From a virus (Duplodnaviria; Caudoviricetes), in the IMG/VR virus record IMGVR_UViG_3300046383_000032, positions 161 through 64,160 of that record: a stretch of DNA of 64,000 nt. One strand, written 5' to 3'. Of the stretch, positions 17,191 to 27,700 are shown one piece after another (the first letter of the stretch is position 1; each line of letters begins with the position of its first letter). Below the pieces are notes generated by a model. That model was given only the letters and a program-made list of their open reading frames with translations. It searched no databases and was not told where the DNA came from. Both the position numbers and the translations under genes were made by a program.

Positions 17191-18468
17191 ATGGCAAACG
17201 AACTGACAATCTTCCGCACCGGAGCAGTCGCCTCAACCAAGTTCGACACCGTCGACCTGCCGAAGGAACGGCTCGACGATGGCGTCGGCGGCGGCTTCGC
17301 CCGCGTCGGCTACAAGGCCAAGGAGTGGAGCATCCGCTACCAAGGTGCCGTCCACACGCTCAAGGTCCGCACCGCCGATGGCGACGAGGTCAACTCGTCG
17401 TTCTTCGACTGCGTCATCCTGCGCGCCAGCAAGCACCCGAACAAGACGTTCTACATGGACGCCTACACGGAGGAGAACTCGGCCCGCAAGCCGCCCGACT
17501 GCTGGTCGAGCAATGGGGTCAGGCCGGACAGCGGCGTGCCGATCATGGACCACCCGAGCAAGGGCGGACGGCAGAGCCCGACCTGCGTCTCGTGCCCGTG
17601 GAACGTCTGGGGCTCCAAGATCAACCGCGAGACCGGGCAGGCCACCCGAGGCAAGGCCTGCATGGACAGCAAGCACGTAGCCGTGGTGCCGGTGGGCGAC
17701 ATCGAGAACGTGATGTACGGCGGCCCGATGCTGCTCTCGATCCCGCCGTCCTCGCTGAAGAAGCTGGGCCCCTACCAGAACATGCTGGAGGCCAACCACT
17801 TCAGCTACACCATGGTGTGGACCCGTATCGGCTTCGAGCCGAGCGAGGTGGCGGCCTACCCGATGTTCAAGTTCGACGCCATGGCGGCGCTGAACGACGT
17901 TCAGGCGGATCAGGTCATCCGCATGCTCAACCACCCGCTGATCGACCGCATCCTCGAGGCCGAGGTCGTCAGCACGGAGGCGTGGGACGAGAGCGCGCAG
18001 GAAGTTCACCAGTCGATCAAGCCGCCGCCCCCGCCTGTCGCTGCCGTACCTTCGAAGGTAACCGACGTCGAGCCGGAGGAGCCCGCCGAGAAGGCCCCGC
18101 CTGCGGCCACAGCTGCCCCTGTGGTGGCCGGGAAGCCTCCGGCCACGGTGACCATGCCCAACGGCATGGTGCTCACCATGGAGCAGCTGCAGGCCTTGTC
18201 GCCCGATCAGATCAGGGCGATGAGCGGGAACGGCAGCGCACCGGCAGAGGCACCGGCACCGGCAGGACCAGCCAAGCGACAGACCAAGCCGCGCACTCCG
18301 CCGGTCAGCCCGACGCCGACCGACAGCGCGAAGGTGACGGGCATGTCAGGCAACGACCTGCCAACCCCCGTGCCGATGCCCGTCCCCGCGCAGGCGGCCA
18401 AGCCTGCAGCCAACGGTGGCGCAGACCCTGCCTCCAAGCTCCTCCAGACAATCGACGAGATGACGTAG
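17191..18468 (+). CDS. putative ssDNA-binding/annealing protein with a Pro/Ala-rich tail
   Basis: PDCWSSNG, CVSCPWN..GS, KAC and LLSIPPSSLK motifs; position between helicase and primase. Confidence 0.55.
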   Translation: MANELTIFRTGAVASTKFDTVDLPKERLDDGVGGGFARVGYKAKEWSIRYQGAVHTLKVRTADGDEVNSSFFDCVILRASKHPNKTFYMDAYTEENSARKPPDCWSSNGVRPDSGVPIMDHPSKGGRQSPTCVSCPWNVWGSKINRETGQATRGKACMDSKHVAVVPVGDIENVMYGGPMLLSIPPSSLKKLGPYQNMLEANHFSYTMVWTRIGFEPSEVAAYPMFKFDAMAALNDVQADQVIRMLNHPLIDRILEAEVVSTEAWDESAQEVHQSIKPPPPPVAAVPSKVTDVEPEEPAEKAPPAATAAPVVAGKPPATVTMPNGMVLTMEQLQALSPDQIRAMSGNGSAPAEAPAPAGPAKRQTKPRTPPVSPTPTDSAKVTGMSGNDLPTPVPMPVPAQAAKPAANGGADPASKLLQTIDEMT

Positions 18469-18480
18469 TCCTGTGGCGTA

Positions 18481-18509
18481 GGCTGGCCGGGGAGAGCCCC
18501 CGGTCAGCC
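18481..18509 (+). other. intergenic hairpin
   Basis: GGCTGGCCGGGG pairs with CCCCGGTCAGCC. Confidence 0.5.
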
Positions 18510-18546
18510 GTCGCTGGTGTTCGTTCTAGGGGAGTTGAACGAAGCC

Positions 18547-21500
18547 ATGAGCGAGATTTCGGATTTCCTGTCGCGTGCGCTGCTGTGGCCTGAGGGCGGT
18601 CCCGGCTTCGTCACCATCCACATGCCCTACACCGTGCCGGGCCAGACGCGCGCGACCATGCCGGGCCGGGCGTTCACCTCCTTCGAGAGCTGCGTCGGCT
18701 ACATCGGTGCCGTCGCCAAGTTCAACAAGGACATCTACTGCTGCATGTCCCTGCAGGCCACGGCGCAGCCCGGCAAGAAGCGCAAGGCGATCCGGGGCGA
18801 GGGCAATACCCTAGCGCTGAAGGGGGTATGGCTCGACGTCGACATCAAGGACGGGATGTTCCGCGACACCAGCCACGCCCTCGCCGAGCTGGGCAGGTGG
18901 CGCAAGGCCATCGGCCTGCCCCAGCCCAACCTGATCGTCTTCACCGGCAGCGGCGGCTTCCACGCCCACTGGACCTTCGACAAGGCCATCGGCCTCGACG
19001 TCTGGCGTCCCCTTGCCCATGCGCTGACCGCCGCCGTGCTCGACCCGGTACGGGGCTTCCATCCCCTGCCGGGGCCGGACGGCAAGGCGCGCAAGATCGA
19101 CCTCAACCTCACCGTCAACCCGGTGTGCCTGCTGCGCGTCCCCGGCACCCATAACCACAAGCACACGCCGCCGCGCCCGGTGCAGCTCGCCCTCGACAAG
19201 GGCTACAACTACCCGCTCGAGCTGATCTCCGGGCCGCTCGCGGCCTTCAAGACGTCATACACTCCGCCGCCCACCCAAGCCCGCCTCAACCTCGGCAGGC
19301 CCTCCCCCAAGTTCGCGGGCATCGCCGCGCCGCGCCTAGACGCAGGCCTCGAGAGCTACGCGCCGACCATCGACGACGTCGGTCGCGGCTGCCCGTTCAT
19401 TGCCGAGACGCTGGCCACGGGCGGCGCGGGCTACGGCGAGCCGCTGTGGTTCGAGAGCCTCAAGGTGGCGCACTACTGCTCGGACCGCGACGCGGCGGCC
19501 CACCGGCTGGGCAGCGGCCACGCCACCTACAGCGCCGCCGCGACCAAGGACAAGCTCGGCGAGGTCGAGAAGAGCCACTCTCTGGGCCGCTTCGGCTGGC
19601 CCCAGTGCGAGACCATATGGTCGGCAGGGTCGACCAAGTGCGTCGGCTGCCCCCACCACAAGCGCGGCGGCTCGCCGCTGAATTACGCAGTACCAATCTC
19701 ACAGGCCCCAGCTTCGTCACAGCAGTCGTCGAATGGCCCGCCATTACCTTCGCAGGTAAGTCCGATCCCACTGCCACCAAATGTCAGCCGCCAGACAGTC
19801 TTCCCATCGGGCGCACCCCTGCTCGGCCTGCTGCCGGACGGGTACTTTCACGAGACTGACGGCACCGTGTTCCGCTACGGCGACAAGGGCGACGACGGCC
19901 AGCCGGAGAAGGAGGTCGTGGCCCCCTTCCCACTGCGGCAGCTGCAGGCGCTGAAGCCGAGGGAAGGCTCCGGCGAGTGGGGCTACAGCTTCGAATGCGA
20001 CATCGAAAAGTCGGGCCCGACAGCCATCAAGATCGGCAGCAAGGACGTAGGCGACCTGCGCCGCCTGCAGAGCGTGCTCGGCGGCTCGGGCATGGACATG
20101 CGGCAGGTCTACACCAAGAGGCTTCAGGCTATGGTCATGTCGTTCAAGGAGCAGCTCCTCGCCAAGAAGGTCGACGTGCACTCGGCGGAGCACTACGGCT
20201 GGGCGACCGAGAACGGCACCGAGGTCGCGTTCAACTACGACCGCATGCGCTACAATGGAGTAGGGCACCGGGCCATCGTCCACCTCGACGAGGGTCTGGC
20301 CAAGAACTATCAGGTGACCGGCGACCCGCTGATATGGCGCAAGGCCTGCCAGATGATCACCGACCAGAAGCGGCCCGAGCTGGACGCCGTCATCGGTGCA
20401 GCGTTCGGAGCGCCGCTCGTCAGGCTCACCGGCCACAGCGGGTTCGTCATGTCGATCTTCTCGCCCGACAGCGGCGTGCAGAAGACGGCAGCGATGCGGG
20501 TGTCGCAGGCCGTCTGGGGCCACCCAATCACCGGCATGGGCGGCCTCGACGACACGGCCAATTACGTCGTCCACAAGGTCAGCGTGCTGCGCCACCTGCC
20601 GTTCATGTTCGACGAGGTGAAGGCACCGAAGGACATCGACAAGCTGGCCAACCTCGTGTTCGCGATGTCGCAGGGCAAGTCGAAGGGCAAGCTGATGCGG
20701 AGCACGGGCGCGCACGACATCGTCGACTTCAACACGCTCTTGGTCACGGCATCGAACTCGTCGCTGATCGGCCACGTCTCGGAGAGCGTGACGACCACGA
20801 CGGCAGGGCTCTACCGCATCTTCGAGTATCAGGTCGGGCGCAACGTTACCGGCAAAGGTATGATCAGCGTGCCGCAGGCGCAGATCATCATCGGCGACCT
20901 GCAGAAGGGCTTCGGCCATGCGGGCCGGGCCTACGCCGAGTACCTCGGCATGAACATCGAGCCGGTGCGCAAGGCCGTCCTACACACGCTCGACGCCATC
21001 AACAACGCCGTGCAGGGCACGTCCGACGAGCGGTTCTGGATCGCCAACTGCGCGGTCACCCTGCTCGGCGCGCGGTTCGCCAACCGCATCGGCTGGACGA
21101 GCATCGACGAGAAGCCCCTGCTGTCCTTCCTGCTCGACGAGTTCAACCGACAACGCGACAGCCGGACAAAATCAACCGTCGACATCACAAGCTCGACCGG
21201 CGTCGAGCGCTACATCAGCGGCTACCTCAACGCTCGCCGGGGCCAGACGCTGATCACCGACGTGGTGTGGCGGCAGGCCAGCCGTCCGCCCACCACCTTC
21301 AGGGCGAGCCCGCGCAACCCGCCCATGAATGCCGACAGGTTCACCGTGCGGGTGTCGGAGCAGGACCGGGTGATCCGCATCTCGATCAGCGACTTCGGCC
21401 TGTGGCTGAAGAAGGAGCGCGGCGTCGAGCGGGCTGGCGTGCTCTCCGCCATAAGGTCCGTCCTGCAGCCCACCATCGTGCGGGCCCCCATCACGTCGCA

Positions 21501-21579
21501 CACGTCCTACCACAGCGCCCGCGAGGACCTGTTCGAGTTCGACCTCAACCTGATGCCCGGCTTCTACAGCATCGACTAG
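18547..21579 (+). CDS. primase-helicase (primase N-terminus, Cys-rich linker, DUF927-like SF3 helicase)
   Basis: WLDVD, TGSGGFHAHW and LLRVPGTHN primase motifs; CPF...CETI...CVGCPH; degenerate Walker A SPDSGVQKT; FDE Walker B. Confidence 0.85.
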   Translation: MSEISDFLSRALLWPEGGPGFVTIHMPYTVPGQTRATMPGRAFTSFESCVGYIGAVAKFNKDIYCCMSLQATAQPGKKRKAIRGEGNTLALKGVWLDVDIKDGMFRDTSHALAELGRWRKAIGLPQPNLIVFTGSGGFHAHWTFDKAIGLDVWRPLAHALTAAVLDPVRGFHPLPGPDGKARKIDLNLTVNPVCLLRVPGTHNHKHTPPRPVQLALDKGYNYPLELISGPLAAFKTSYTPPPTQARLNLGRPSPKFAGIAAPRLDAGLESYAPTIDDVGRGCPFIAETLATGGAGYGEPLWFESLKVAHYCSDRDAAAHRLGSGHATYSAAATKDKLGEVEKSHSLGRFGWPQCETIWSAGSTKCVGCPHHKRGGSPLNYAVPISQAPASSQQSSNGPPLPSQVSPIPLPPNVSRQTVFPSGAPLLGLLPDGYFHETDGTVFRYGDKGDDGQPEKEVVAPFPLRQLQALKPREGSGEWGYSFECDIEKSGPTAIKIGSKDVGDLRRLQSVLGGSGMDMRQVYTKRLQAMVMSFKEQLLAKKVDVHSAEHYGWATENGTEVAFNYDRMRYNGVGHRAIVHLDEGLAKNYQVTGDPLIWRKACQMITDQKRPELDAVIGAAFGAPLVRLTGHSGFVMSIFSPDSGVQKTAAMRVSQAVWGHPITGMGGLDDTANYVVHKVSVLRHLPFMFDEVKAPKDIDKLANLVFAMSQGKSKGKLMRSTGAHDIVDFNTLLVTASNSSLIGHVSESVTTTTAGLYRIFEYQVGRNVTGKGMISVPQAQIIIGDLQKGFGHAGRAYAEYLGMNIEPVRKAVLHTLDAINNAVQGTSDERFWIANCAVTLLGARFANRIGWTSIDEKPLLSFLLDEFNRQRDSRTKSTVDITSSTGVERYISGYLNARRGQTLITDVVWRQASRPPTTFRASPRNPPMNADRFTVRVSEQDRVIRISISDFGLWLKKERGVERAGVLSAIRSVLQPTIVRAPITSHTSYHSAREDLFEFDLNLMPGFYSID

Positions 21580-21589
21580 GGAGCAGCCC

Positions 21590-21763
21590 ATGAAACCGCA
21601 GCGATGGTCTGACGAGTTCATCAAGAACATGCTGGCCAAGGGCTCGATCCATCCACCACCGGAGGGGTACTCCGTTTGGGACCGTATGCCCGGCGGCCTG
21701 TTCTGGGTAGGCTTCGGCCTCACGGCGGCAGCCGTGATCGTCGTGCTGGCGGCGCTGCGATGA
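21590..21763 (+). CDS. 57-aa membrane protein, not in the ORF track
   Basis: translated by hand; C-terminal hydrophobic helix LFWVGFGLTAAAVIVVLAAL; GGAG RBS. Confidence 0.55.
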   Translation: MKPQRWSDEFIKNMLAKGSIHPPPEGYSVWDRMPGGLFWVGFGLTAAAVIVVLAALR

Positions 21764-21957
21764 TCGCCCCCTACTGGGTCACCCGGAACGCCCGCACCTT
21801 TGGGGAAAGCACCGTGCAGTACCGCTGGGCCATAAGCCACGTCGGCGATGGCGTGGTCTGCTGGACCGACGACGTCAACTTCGCGTACCGTGTAGTCGAC
21901 CTGCTCAACCAACAGGAACTTACCGTCAAAGGTAAACCCATTGAAGTTCGTAGTTGA
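21760..21957 (+). CDS. hypothetical protein
   Basis: ATGA overlap; MIAPYW. Confidence 0.55.
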   Translation: MIAPYWVTRNARTFGESTVQYRWAISHVGDGVVCWTDDVNFAYRVVDLLNQQELTVKGKPIEVRS

Positions 21958-21981
21958 CACATACCCACCCACTGCTATGAT
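21954..21981 (+). promoter_or_regulatory. sigma70-like promoter
   Basis: TTGACA-16 nt-TATGAT. Confidence 0.55.
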
Positions 21982-22017
21982 GCTCCTCGCACACAGGTAC
22001 GTCTAGAAGGAGACATC

Positions 22018-22614
22018 ATGCCAAAGACAAAGGTACGCAACGTGCCTACACACGGGATCAAGTTCGAATACGACCTCGGCAACGGTGAACGCCACGTTCA
22101 GGTTCACCCGGTCAAGGTCAGGCTGGCAGTCAAGCCAGTCGTCCTCGAGCTGAAGGCAGAGGACATCTTGGCCTCCATGAAGGCCAACGGCATCGCCAAC
22201 TCTCTCAAGTGCTCGATGGCGATGTGCTGCAGGCGGGAGGTCGACAAGTTCCCGCATCCCTACGTCGGCCCCATCGACTGGTTCAAGTCGACGGCCTTCG
22301 TGGTCTCCAAGCAGAACAAGAACGGCATTCCGACCGAGGCTTACCGCTACAAGCATCGCGACGACATCGCCAAGTACAACGACAGCAAGGCGGGCTACCA
22401 GCGCCTGCTGAAGATGGTCGAGGCGGGAGGCGGCTCGGTCCCCATCAAGCTCCTGCCGTCGCCCAGCCGCGCCGGACAGCAGCGCACGGGCGTGCCGATG
22501 GGCAAGACCACCGGCACCCGACGCAAGCCGGGCGCGACGGGCCGCTTCATGAAGCAGCGCTTCGCGTCGAACGTGCCGTACCCCGGTCTCGATACCAAGA
22601 AGAAAGAGGACTAG
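22018..22614 (+). CDS. basic hypothetical protein
   Basis: AAGGAG RBS; own promoter; GC3 bias. Confidence 0.8.
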   Translation: MPKTKVRNVPTHGIKFEYDLGNGERHVQVHPVKVRLAVKPVVLELKAEDILASMKANGIANSLKCSMAMCCRREVDKFPHPYVGPIDWFKSTAFVVSKQNKNGIPTEAYRYKHRDDIAKYNDSKAGYQRLLKMVEAGGGSVPIKLLPSPSRAGQQRTGVPMGKTTGTRRKPGATGRFMKQRFASNVPYPGLDTKKKED

Positions 22615-22621
22615 GGGTGCC

Positions 22622-22652
22622 CCGACCTGCGCGGCTCAGTCGCGCAGGTCGG
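22622..22652. terminator. 12-bp-stem hairpin at the convergence of the + and - modules
   Basis: CCGACCTGCGCG-7 nt-CGCGCAGGTCGG; no U tract. Confidence 0.55.
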
Positions 22653-22917
22653 TCGGCTTGTAGCCCTTGCGCTTGAAGACGTCCTTGTCGCCGCGATTGT
22701 CGTGGACGTCGCGGATGCGCCAGTTGCTAGGATCGTTCGACCCACCAGCCTGCAGGGGCACCGTATGGTCGATATCTTTTCCCCGGAGGGCAGCCTCGCC
22801 GTATTTCTTGACCATCCAATAGCGCGCCTTCATGCGAGCACGCTGCTTGGCATTGTCGTGCTTGGCATACTCGCGATCATAGTCGCTGTAGACGCGCCCT
22901 GACGGTGCGGCCATCAC
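22636..22917 (-). CDS. small HNH endonuclease
   Basis: DIDHTVPLQAGGSNDPSNWR...HDNR. Confidence 0.85.
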   Translation of the reverse strand: MMAAPSGRVYSDYDREYAKHDNAKQRARMKARYWMVKKYGEAALRGKDIDHTVPLQAGGSNDPSNWRIRDVHDNRGDKDVFKRKGYKPTDLRD

Positions 22918-23147
22918 TTATCCTTCCGGTTGAAGCCGCCTGCGAACGCCAGCGCCGCCGCCAGTGCGCCCGACAGCAGCTCCGACAGACGCCCTTGGGT
23001 GTCGCAGCCGTACTTCATCTCAACGGCCAGCCTGAAGTTGTAGATGCACCAGACGAGCCCCGTGCCGACGACGAAGCACTGGAACGCCAGCATGCCCGCG
23101 ATCAAGTAGAAGCACGCCTTGGTCGCGTCGAACGGAGGCTTGTCCAA
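22914..23147 (-). CDS. two-TM membrane protein, holin candidate
   Basis: hydrophobic FYLIAGMLAFQCFVVGTGLVW and LLSGALAAALAFAGG; basic C-terminus; TTG start. Confidence 0.55.
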   Translation of the reverse strand: MDKPPFDATKACFYLIAGMLAFQCFVVGTGLVWCIYNFRLAVEMKYGCDTQGRLSELLSGALAAALAFAGGFNRKDK

Positions 23148-23159
23148 CTCGCATGGCCC

Positions 23160-23309
23160 TCACCCCGGCGGGAATACTTTCAGTCCCAGCAGGGCAATCA
23201 GTACGAGGATGACGCCCAAGCCGGGCAGGAACGGTTGGGTGCGCCAGTACCAGAAGCCGCCGACGGCGCTCAAGATGAGGAGCACCCAGAACAGGACCAT
23301 GAACACCAT
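23160..23309 (-). CDS. 49-aa two-TM membrane protein, not in the ORF track
   Basis: AGGAGG RBS; MVFMVLFWVLLILSAVGGFWYWRTQPFLPGLGVILVLIALLGLKVFPPG. Confidence 0.65.
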   Translation of the reverse strand: MVFMVLFWVLLILSAVGGFWYWRTQPFLPGLGVILVLIALLGLKVFPPG

Positions 23310-23318
23310 GACGTCCTC

Positions 23319-23738
23319 CTAGACACTGAGCTTCACATTGGTGAGCACGCCAGCCGTCACCGTGATCGTGCCGGGCGAGCCGGAGACGGCGGCGTTGGCT
23401 TGGTTGACCACGTTGCACGCCCCGCCGTTCTGCACCAGCACGGTCGAAGCCGAGGCGGGCAGTCGGGCAGCAGTAAGCGAGCCGCCCGTAACGATGGCGA
23501 CCGCAGGAGTGACCGGGTAGGCACCGCCCACAGAGTTCTGGATCGGGATAAGATCGCCGTTATGGACCTCGGCGATCATCGGGTCGGGCGGCGGGTCGAG
23601 GTCAGCCGCGATCTTGGCCGCCATCAGAGAGCCCAGCGGCGATGGCGTGCGCGACATGATGTACTGCTGAGCTGCGGTCACCGCGCCGGGCTTCAGCTTG
23701 GCGTACATGTCGTCGACTTCTTGCTGCGGTGTCGTCAT
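23319..23738 (-). CDS. hypothetical virion-module protein
   Basis: 139-aa ORF; beta-rich C-terminus. Confidence 0.7.
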   Translation of the reverse strand: MTTPQQEVDDMYAKLKPGAVTAAQQYIMSRTPSPLGSLMAAKIAADLDPPPDPMIAEVHNGDLIPIQNSVGGAYPVTPAVAIVTGGSLTAARLPASASTVLVQNGGACNVVNQANAAVSGSPGTITVTAGVLTNVKLSV

Positions 23739-23741
23739 GGT

Positions 23742-23957
23742 TTACCCCCACCTGCCTGTGACCTTGCCACCCTTTTTGTACCAGAAGCCGCCCGCCTTGC
23801 CGCCCTGCATGCCCATGCCGCCAGCCTGCGGCGACGGCTTCAGCGGCTTGGGCGCTCGGGTCGGCAGCGGGCTCGACAGCACCGCCTCGTTGGCGGCCTC
23901 GATGTCTTCGAGGTCGCGCGCCGAGAACTCAGGTGCCACACGCGGTCGCTTGGCCAT
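23742..23957 (-). CDS. tiny basic protein with a YKKGGKV motif
   Basis: GGAG RBS; C-terminal WYKKGGKVTG. Confidence 0.7.
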   Translation of the reverse strand: MAKRPRVAPEFSARDLEDIEAANEAVLSSPLPTRAPKPLKPSPQAGGMGMQGGKAGGFWYKKGGKVTGRWG

Positions 23958-23959
23958 GG

Positions 23960-24181
23960 CTATCTCCCATAGGTTCTGATGACCTTGCCGCCCTTGCAGA
24001 AGCTCTTGGCGCTCGAGCCGCCGGGCGCGCTATCGAGCGATTTGGCGCTCGATCCGCTCGGCACGCTGCCCATGCCGCTGCGCTCGATCCACACCTTGGC
24101 CTTCTCCTCGGCCTCTTTCTCCTGTCCCCTTCGGGTGACCGCGCCGCCGCTCTGGTAGCGCCCAACCTTGTTGGCCATCAC
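23960..24181 (-). CDS. tiny basic protein with YQSGGAV and FCKGGKV motifs
   Basis: overlaps the previous stop; two motif copies. Confidence 0.7.
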   Translation of the reverse strand: MMANKVGRYQSGGAVTRRGQEKEAEEKAKVWIERSGMGSVPSGSSAKSLDSAPGGSSAKSFCKGGKVIRTYGR

Positions 24182-24315
24182 TTCTTCCCCTTGCGCTGAT
24201 CAGCGCGGTTGAACTCCTTGGCTACCTTCGAAGGTATCCCGACCTTCTTGGCGAAGGCCGGGTCGTGGGCAGCAGCAGCCATCGTCCGCTTCTGCTTCGG
24301 CGTCTTGCTCGGCAT
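24178..24315 (-). CDS. 45-aa basic phage protein
   Basis: MPSKTPKQKRTMAAAAHDPAFAKKVGIPSKVAKEF; I recall similar small phage proteins. Confidence 0.7.
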   Translation of the reverse strand: MPSKTPKQKRTMAAAAHDPAFAKKVGIPSKVAKEFNRADQRKGKK

Positions 24316-24316
24316 G

Positions 24317-24580
24317 TCAGCCCCGCTTGTGCTCCATGGCGGCGTTGCGGAAGCCGCCCTCGCTGTAGGGCGCGATGCTGTCCTTGGCAGGACGCTTGCC
24401 GCCCGACATGGTGCTGCCGCCGCCACCGGGCTTGCTCTCGTCCTGATTGGTCGGGTGCTTGTTGGCGACGCCGCCGATCATGGCGCTGACCTCCGGTTCG
24501 GTGCCCGGCCCCTTCATCGGCTTGTCGCTGATCTCCTTGCCGACGCGGTCCTTGTCGGCACTGCCGTGTCCGTTCTTCAT
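24317..24580 (-). CDS. tiny Gly/Lys-rich protein
   Basis: ATGA overlap; YSEGG. Confidence 0.6.
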   Translation of the reverse strand: MKNGHGSADKDRVGKEISDKPMKGPGTEPEVSAMIGGVANKHPTNQDESKPGGGGSTMSGGKRPAKDSIAPYSEGGFRNAAMEHKRG

Positions 24581-24726
24581 CGCTTGACCTTCCCTCCCTT
24601 CTTCATGAACGGCGGAGCCTTCTCGGTGTCGGGGCCGCCGCCCTTCTTGGCGAACGGGTTGGGCTTGCCGCCCTTGCCGCCAAACGGTGGAGCCTTCTTG
24701 CCTGCGAACGGATTACCCTTGGCCAT
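24577..24726 (-). CDS. 49-aa Lys/Gly/Pro protein ending FMKKGGKVKR, not in the ORF track
   Basis: AGGAG RBS; NPFAxK and KAPPF each occur twice; translated by hand. Confidence 0.7.
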   Translation of the reverse strand: MAKGNPFAGKKAPPFGGKGGKPNPFAKKGGGPDTEKAPPFMKKGGKVKR

Positions 24727-24735
24727 GCGTGTCTC

Positions 24736-27700
24736 CTATTGGGTTTTGTACATGTTGTAGTTCGGCAGGAGAGACTGCTGACGCCTCGAGAGGGTGAGGC
24801 CGAGCAGTCTCGGATCGGCATCGCCCTTGTTGTCGTGCCGCACCTGCGCGCGGTGCAGCGCATCGAATGTGATCTGCATCTCCGGCGGGTACTTCGGGTT
24901 CCAGTTGGTCTGGATGTCCCGCCATATCGCCATCTTCTCGGCGTTGGTGCTGGCCTTGGCGAACTGAGCATACAGGGCGTCGCGCTGGGTGTCGTGCCGG
25001 GTGAGGTCGCGGCGCACCTGCCCGCGCTCCTCGGCGATCTCCTGTGACCTGCCGGAGCGCAGGCCGAAGGCTTCGCCCAACGCCTCGAGGCCGGACGGCT
25101 TGTAGCCGCTGTCCTTCCTGCCGGTCGGCCACTGGCCGAAGCGCTGCGCGCTGGTCAGCACGTCGGCCATTACCTTCGAAGGTATGATCTGGGCGATGCC
25201 GTCGGTGAAGTTGGCCTGCGCCGAGGTGTTGCGCCCGTGCGCCATGTCGCCGAAGGCGTCGACCAGCTTGCCGGTGCCCTGCACGGCATCGACCATGTAG
25301 CCGCCCGGCGCGCCGCCGATGAAGTGGCCGAAGGCCGCCCACCAGTCGTCGGGCTTGCGGCCCAGCGAGCCGAAGGTCCACAGGCTGTCGTGCGCGACGC
25401 GGCTGCCGATGCCGAGGCCGAAGTAGCGCGGCACGCCGCGCGTCACGATCTGCGCGAGGTCGTCGCCCATCACGCGGGACATGCCGCTGCGGAAGTAGTG
25501 CTCGGCATCCTCGGCGTTGAAGTCGATGATGTGCAGGGCGTTGGCGATATTGATCGGTGCCTTGATCAGCTCGGTCGGCCAGCCCAGCATGCCCGCCATG
25601 AACATCTGGGTGCCCAGCGTGACCATCATCTGGTTGCGGGCGACCCGCCGTTCGTCCGCCGACAGCTCCTTGTTCATCATGTTCGACCACATGCGGATGT
25701 AGTTCGCTGTGATCCTCTGGGCGTAGCGCTTGAACTGCAGGGCGAAGCGCAGGTAGGGGTGCTTGAACAGCTCGGGCGTATTGTAGTGGGCGTAGTTGCC
25801 AGCGACGTCGTGGACCGTCTTCTCGGCGTGCGCCATCGCCTGCTCGTGCGTCATGCCGTCCATGATGCCCAGCCGGTAGGCCGAGATGCCGGTGACGGCA
25901 CGGTTCATGTTCTCGATCTGCTGGTTGATCTGGCGCGTGGCGTTGTCGACGCGGTCGGCAGCCGACCAGATGCGGTCGCCGGTCTCGCCGATGCGCCCGA
26001 TCTCCATGCCAGCGTCCTTGTCGAGCAGGTTGCGCTCCTCGAGCCAGTCGATCAGCTTGGAGAGCTGGGCGGCGTCCTTCTCGTTCTTGATGTTGTCGCG
26101 TAACCGCGCGAGGTTCTCGGGCAGCTCCTTGCGCATGAACGCCTTCGGCGCGTTGCTGAAGCCCTCCTTCAGCATGCTAAGGCCGCCCACCGTGTTGTAG
26201 GCGTTGAGGATGACACCGTAGGCCTTGATGCCGTGCCGCCCGGCCAGCAGGGGCGACGTCATCATGCCGACCTCCATGGCATTCAGGGCCCAATGCATCG
26301 GGCTCATCAGCTTGTCCATGTAGCTCAGCTGCATCACGCGGTTGGCCGCCTTGGTCCACCACGGCGAGGTGAACTCGCTGTGGTCCTGCAGGCCGACGTT
26401 GCGCAGCTTGTTCCTGATCTCGTGCCGCAGGTAGCCGTACTTGCCCTGCGGGTCGTTGGGCGAGGCGGCGCTGTCGTTCTGGTCGACGTAGTCCTCCATC
26501 GCCTTGTAGGCGCGGCTGGTCTCGGCGCGGTGCTGCAGCTCGGCCAAGGTGTAGGAGGTGTTCTGGGCGTACTGCGTGAAGTTGCGCAGCATGTCGTTGT
26601 TGGCACCCAAGGCGTAGCGGCGCGGCAGGTAGGAGGCCCGCGCGCTGGTCGACATCAGGTGGCGGGCGGCACCCTCGGCGAGGTCGCGCTTGATGGAGGC
26701 GCGGGTCCGCGTGTCGAGGTCGCCCCATGCGTCGCCGTTCTCGATGCTGCCCATCAGCTTCTGCATGTGCCGGTCGGCAGTGATGCTGTCCAAGAACGTG
26801 CCGTCGCGGTCGCGCTGCGGCTGGACGTGGCTGAGATCGAAGTCGTCCCTCGAGTGGCCCGCCTTGAGCTGGGCGTGGCGCTCGTAGGCCTCGCGCTGCT
26901 TCTCGTAGAACTCGAGCAGCAGCGGGTTGTAGGTGACGCGGTAGCGGTTGACGACGTCGTCGCGGCCCTCGGTCTCCCTGACGCCCTTGCGGCGCTCGGC
27001 GGTGGTGACCGTGCCCCGGTAGCCGACCTCGCCCGGCTCGCCCTGCTGGCGGGTCTGGCGCGTCGACGGCTCGGTCTCGAAGACCGGCGCGCCGTCCTCC
27101 ATCAGGGGGCCGCCGGTCGCCGGGTCCTTCTTGTAGACGACGTCCTCGGTGTCGATCAGGCGGAGGTCGCGCAGCACCGGGTCGTTGTCCATGTCCTGAA
27201 TGAACTTGGCCCGCTTCTCTGCCGTCTCGAACTCCCACTCGCCGCGCCCGCGCTCGACGCCGCCGTTGGGTTCGGCGTGCTTGGCCAGCTTGTAGACGCC
27301 TTCGACGACGTGCTGGCCGCGCCGCATCATGGCGTAGAAGACGCCGGGCAGCTTGCGGAACTGCGGCACCGCGCGCAGCTCGCGCACCTGCTGGCGGAAC
27401 TTGAGGTGCTGCGGCGTCTTGGTGGTCTCGTCGATCTCGCTGGCGTAGCCCGGTATCTTCTCCAGCTCGGCCTTGTCGGCGGCACTGAGGTCGCGCTTCA
27501 TGATGTACTTCATCAGCGCTTCGGTCTGCGCCTTGTCGTTGCCGGGCACCATCCTGCGCAGGTTGATCAGGTGGCCGAGCGACGTGTTGAGCATGTCGTT
27601 GTGGCGCTTCTCGTAGAACTCGAGCAGCTCGTTGCGCAGCTCGCGCTCCTTGGGCGTGAGCTTGGCCCAGTCGGCGGCCAGCTCGCCGTGGCGTCGGCGG

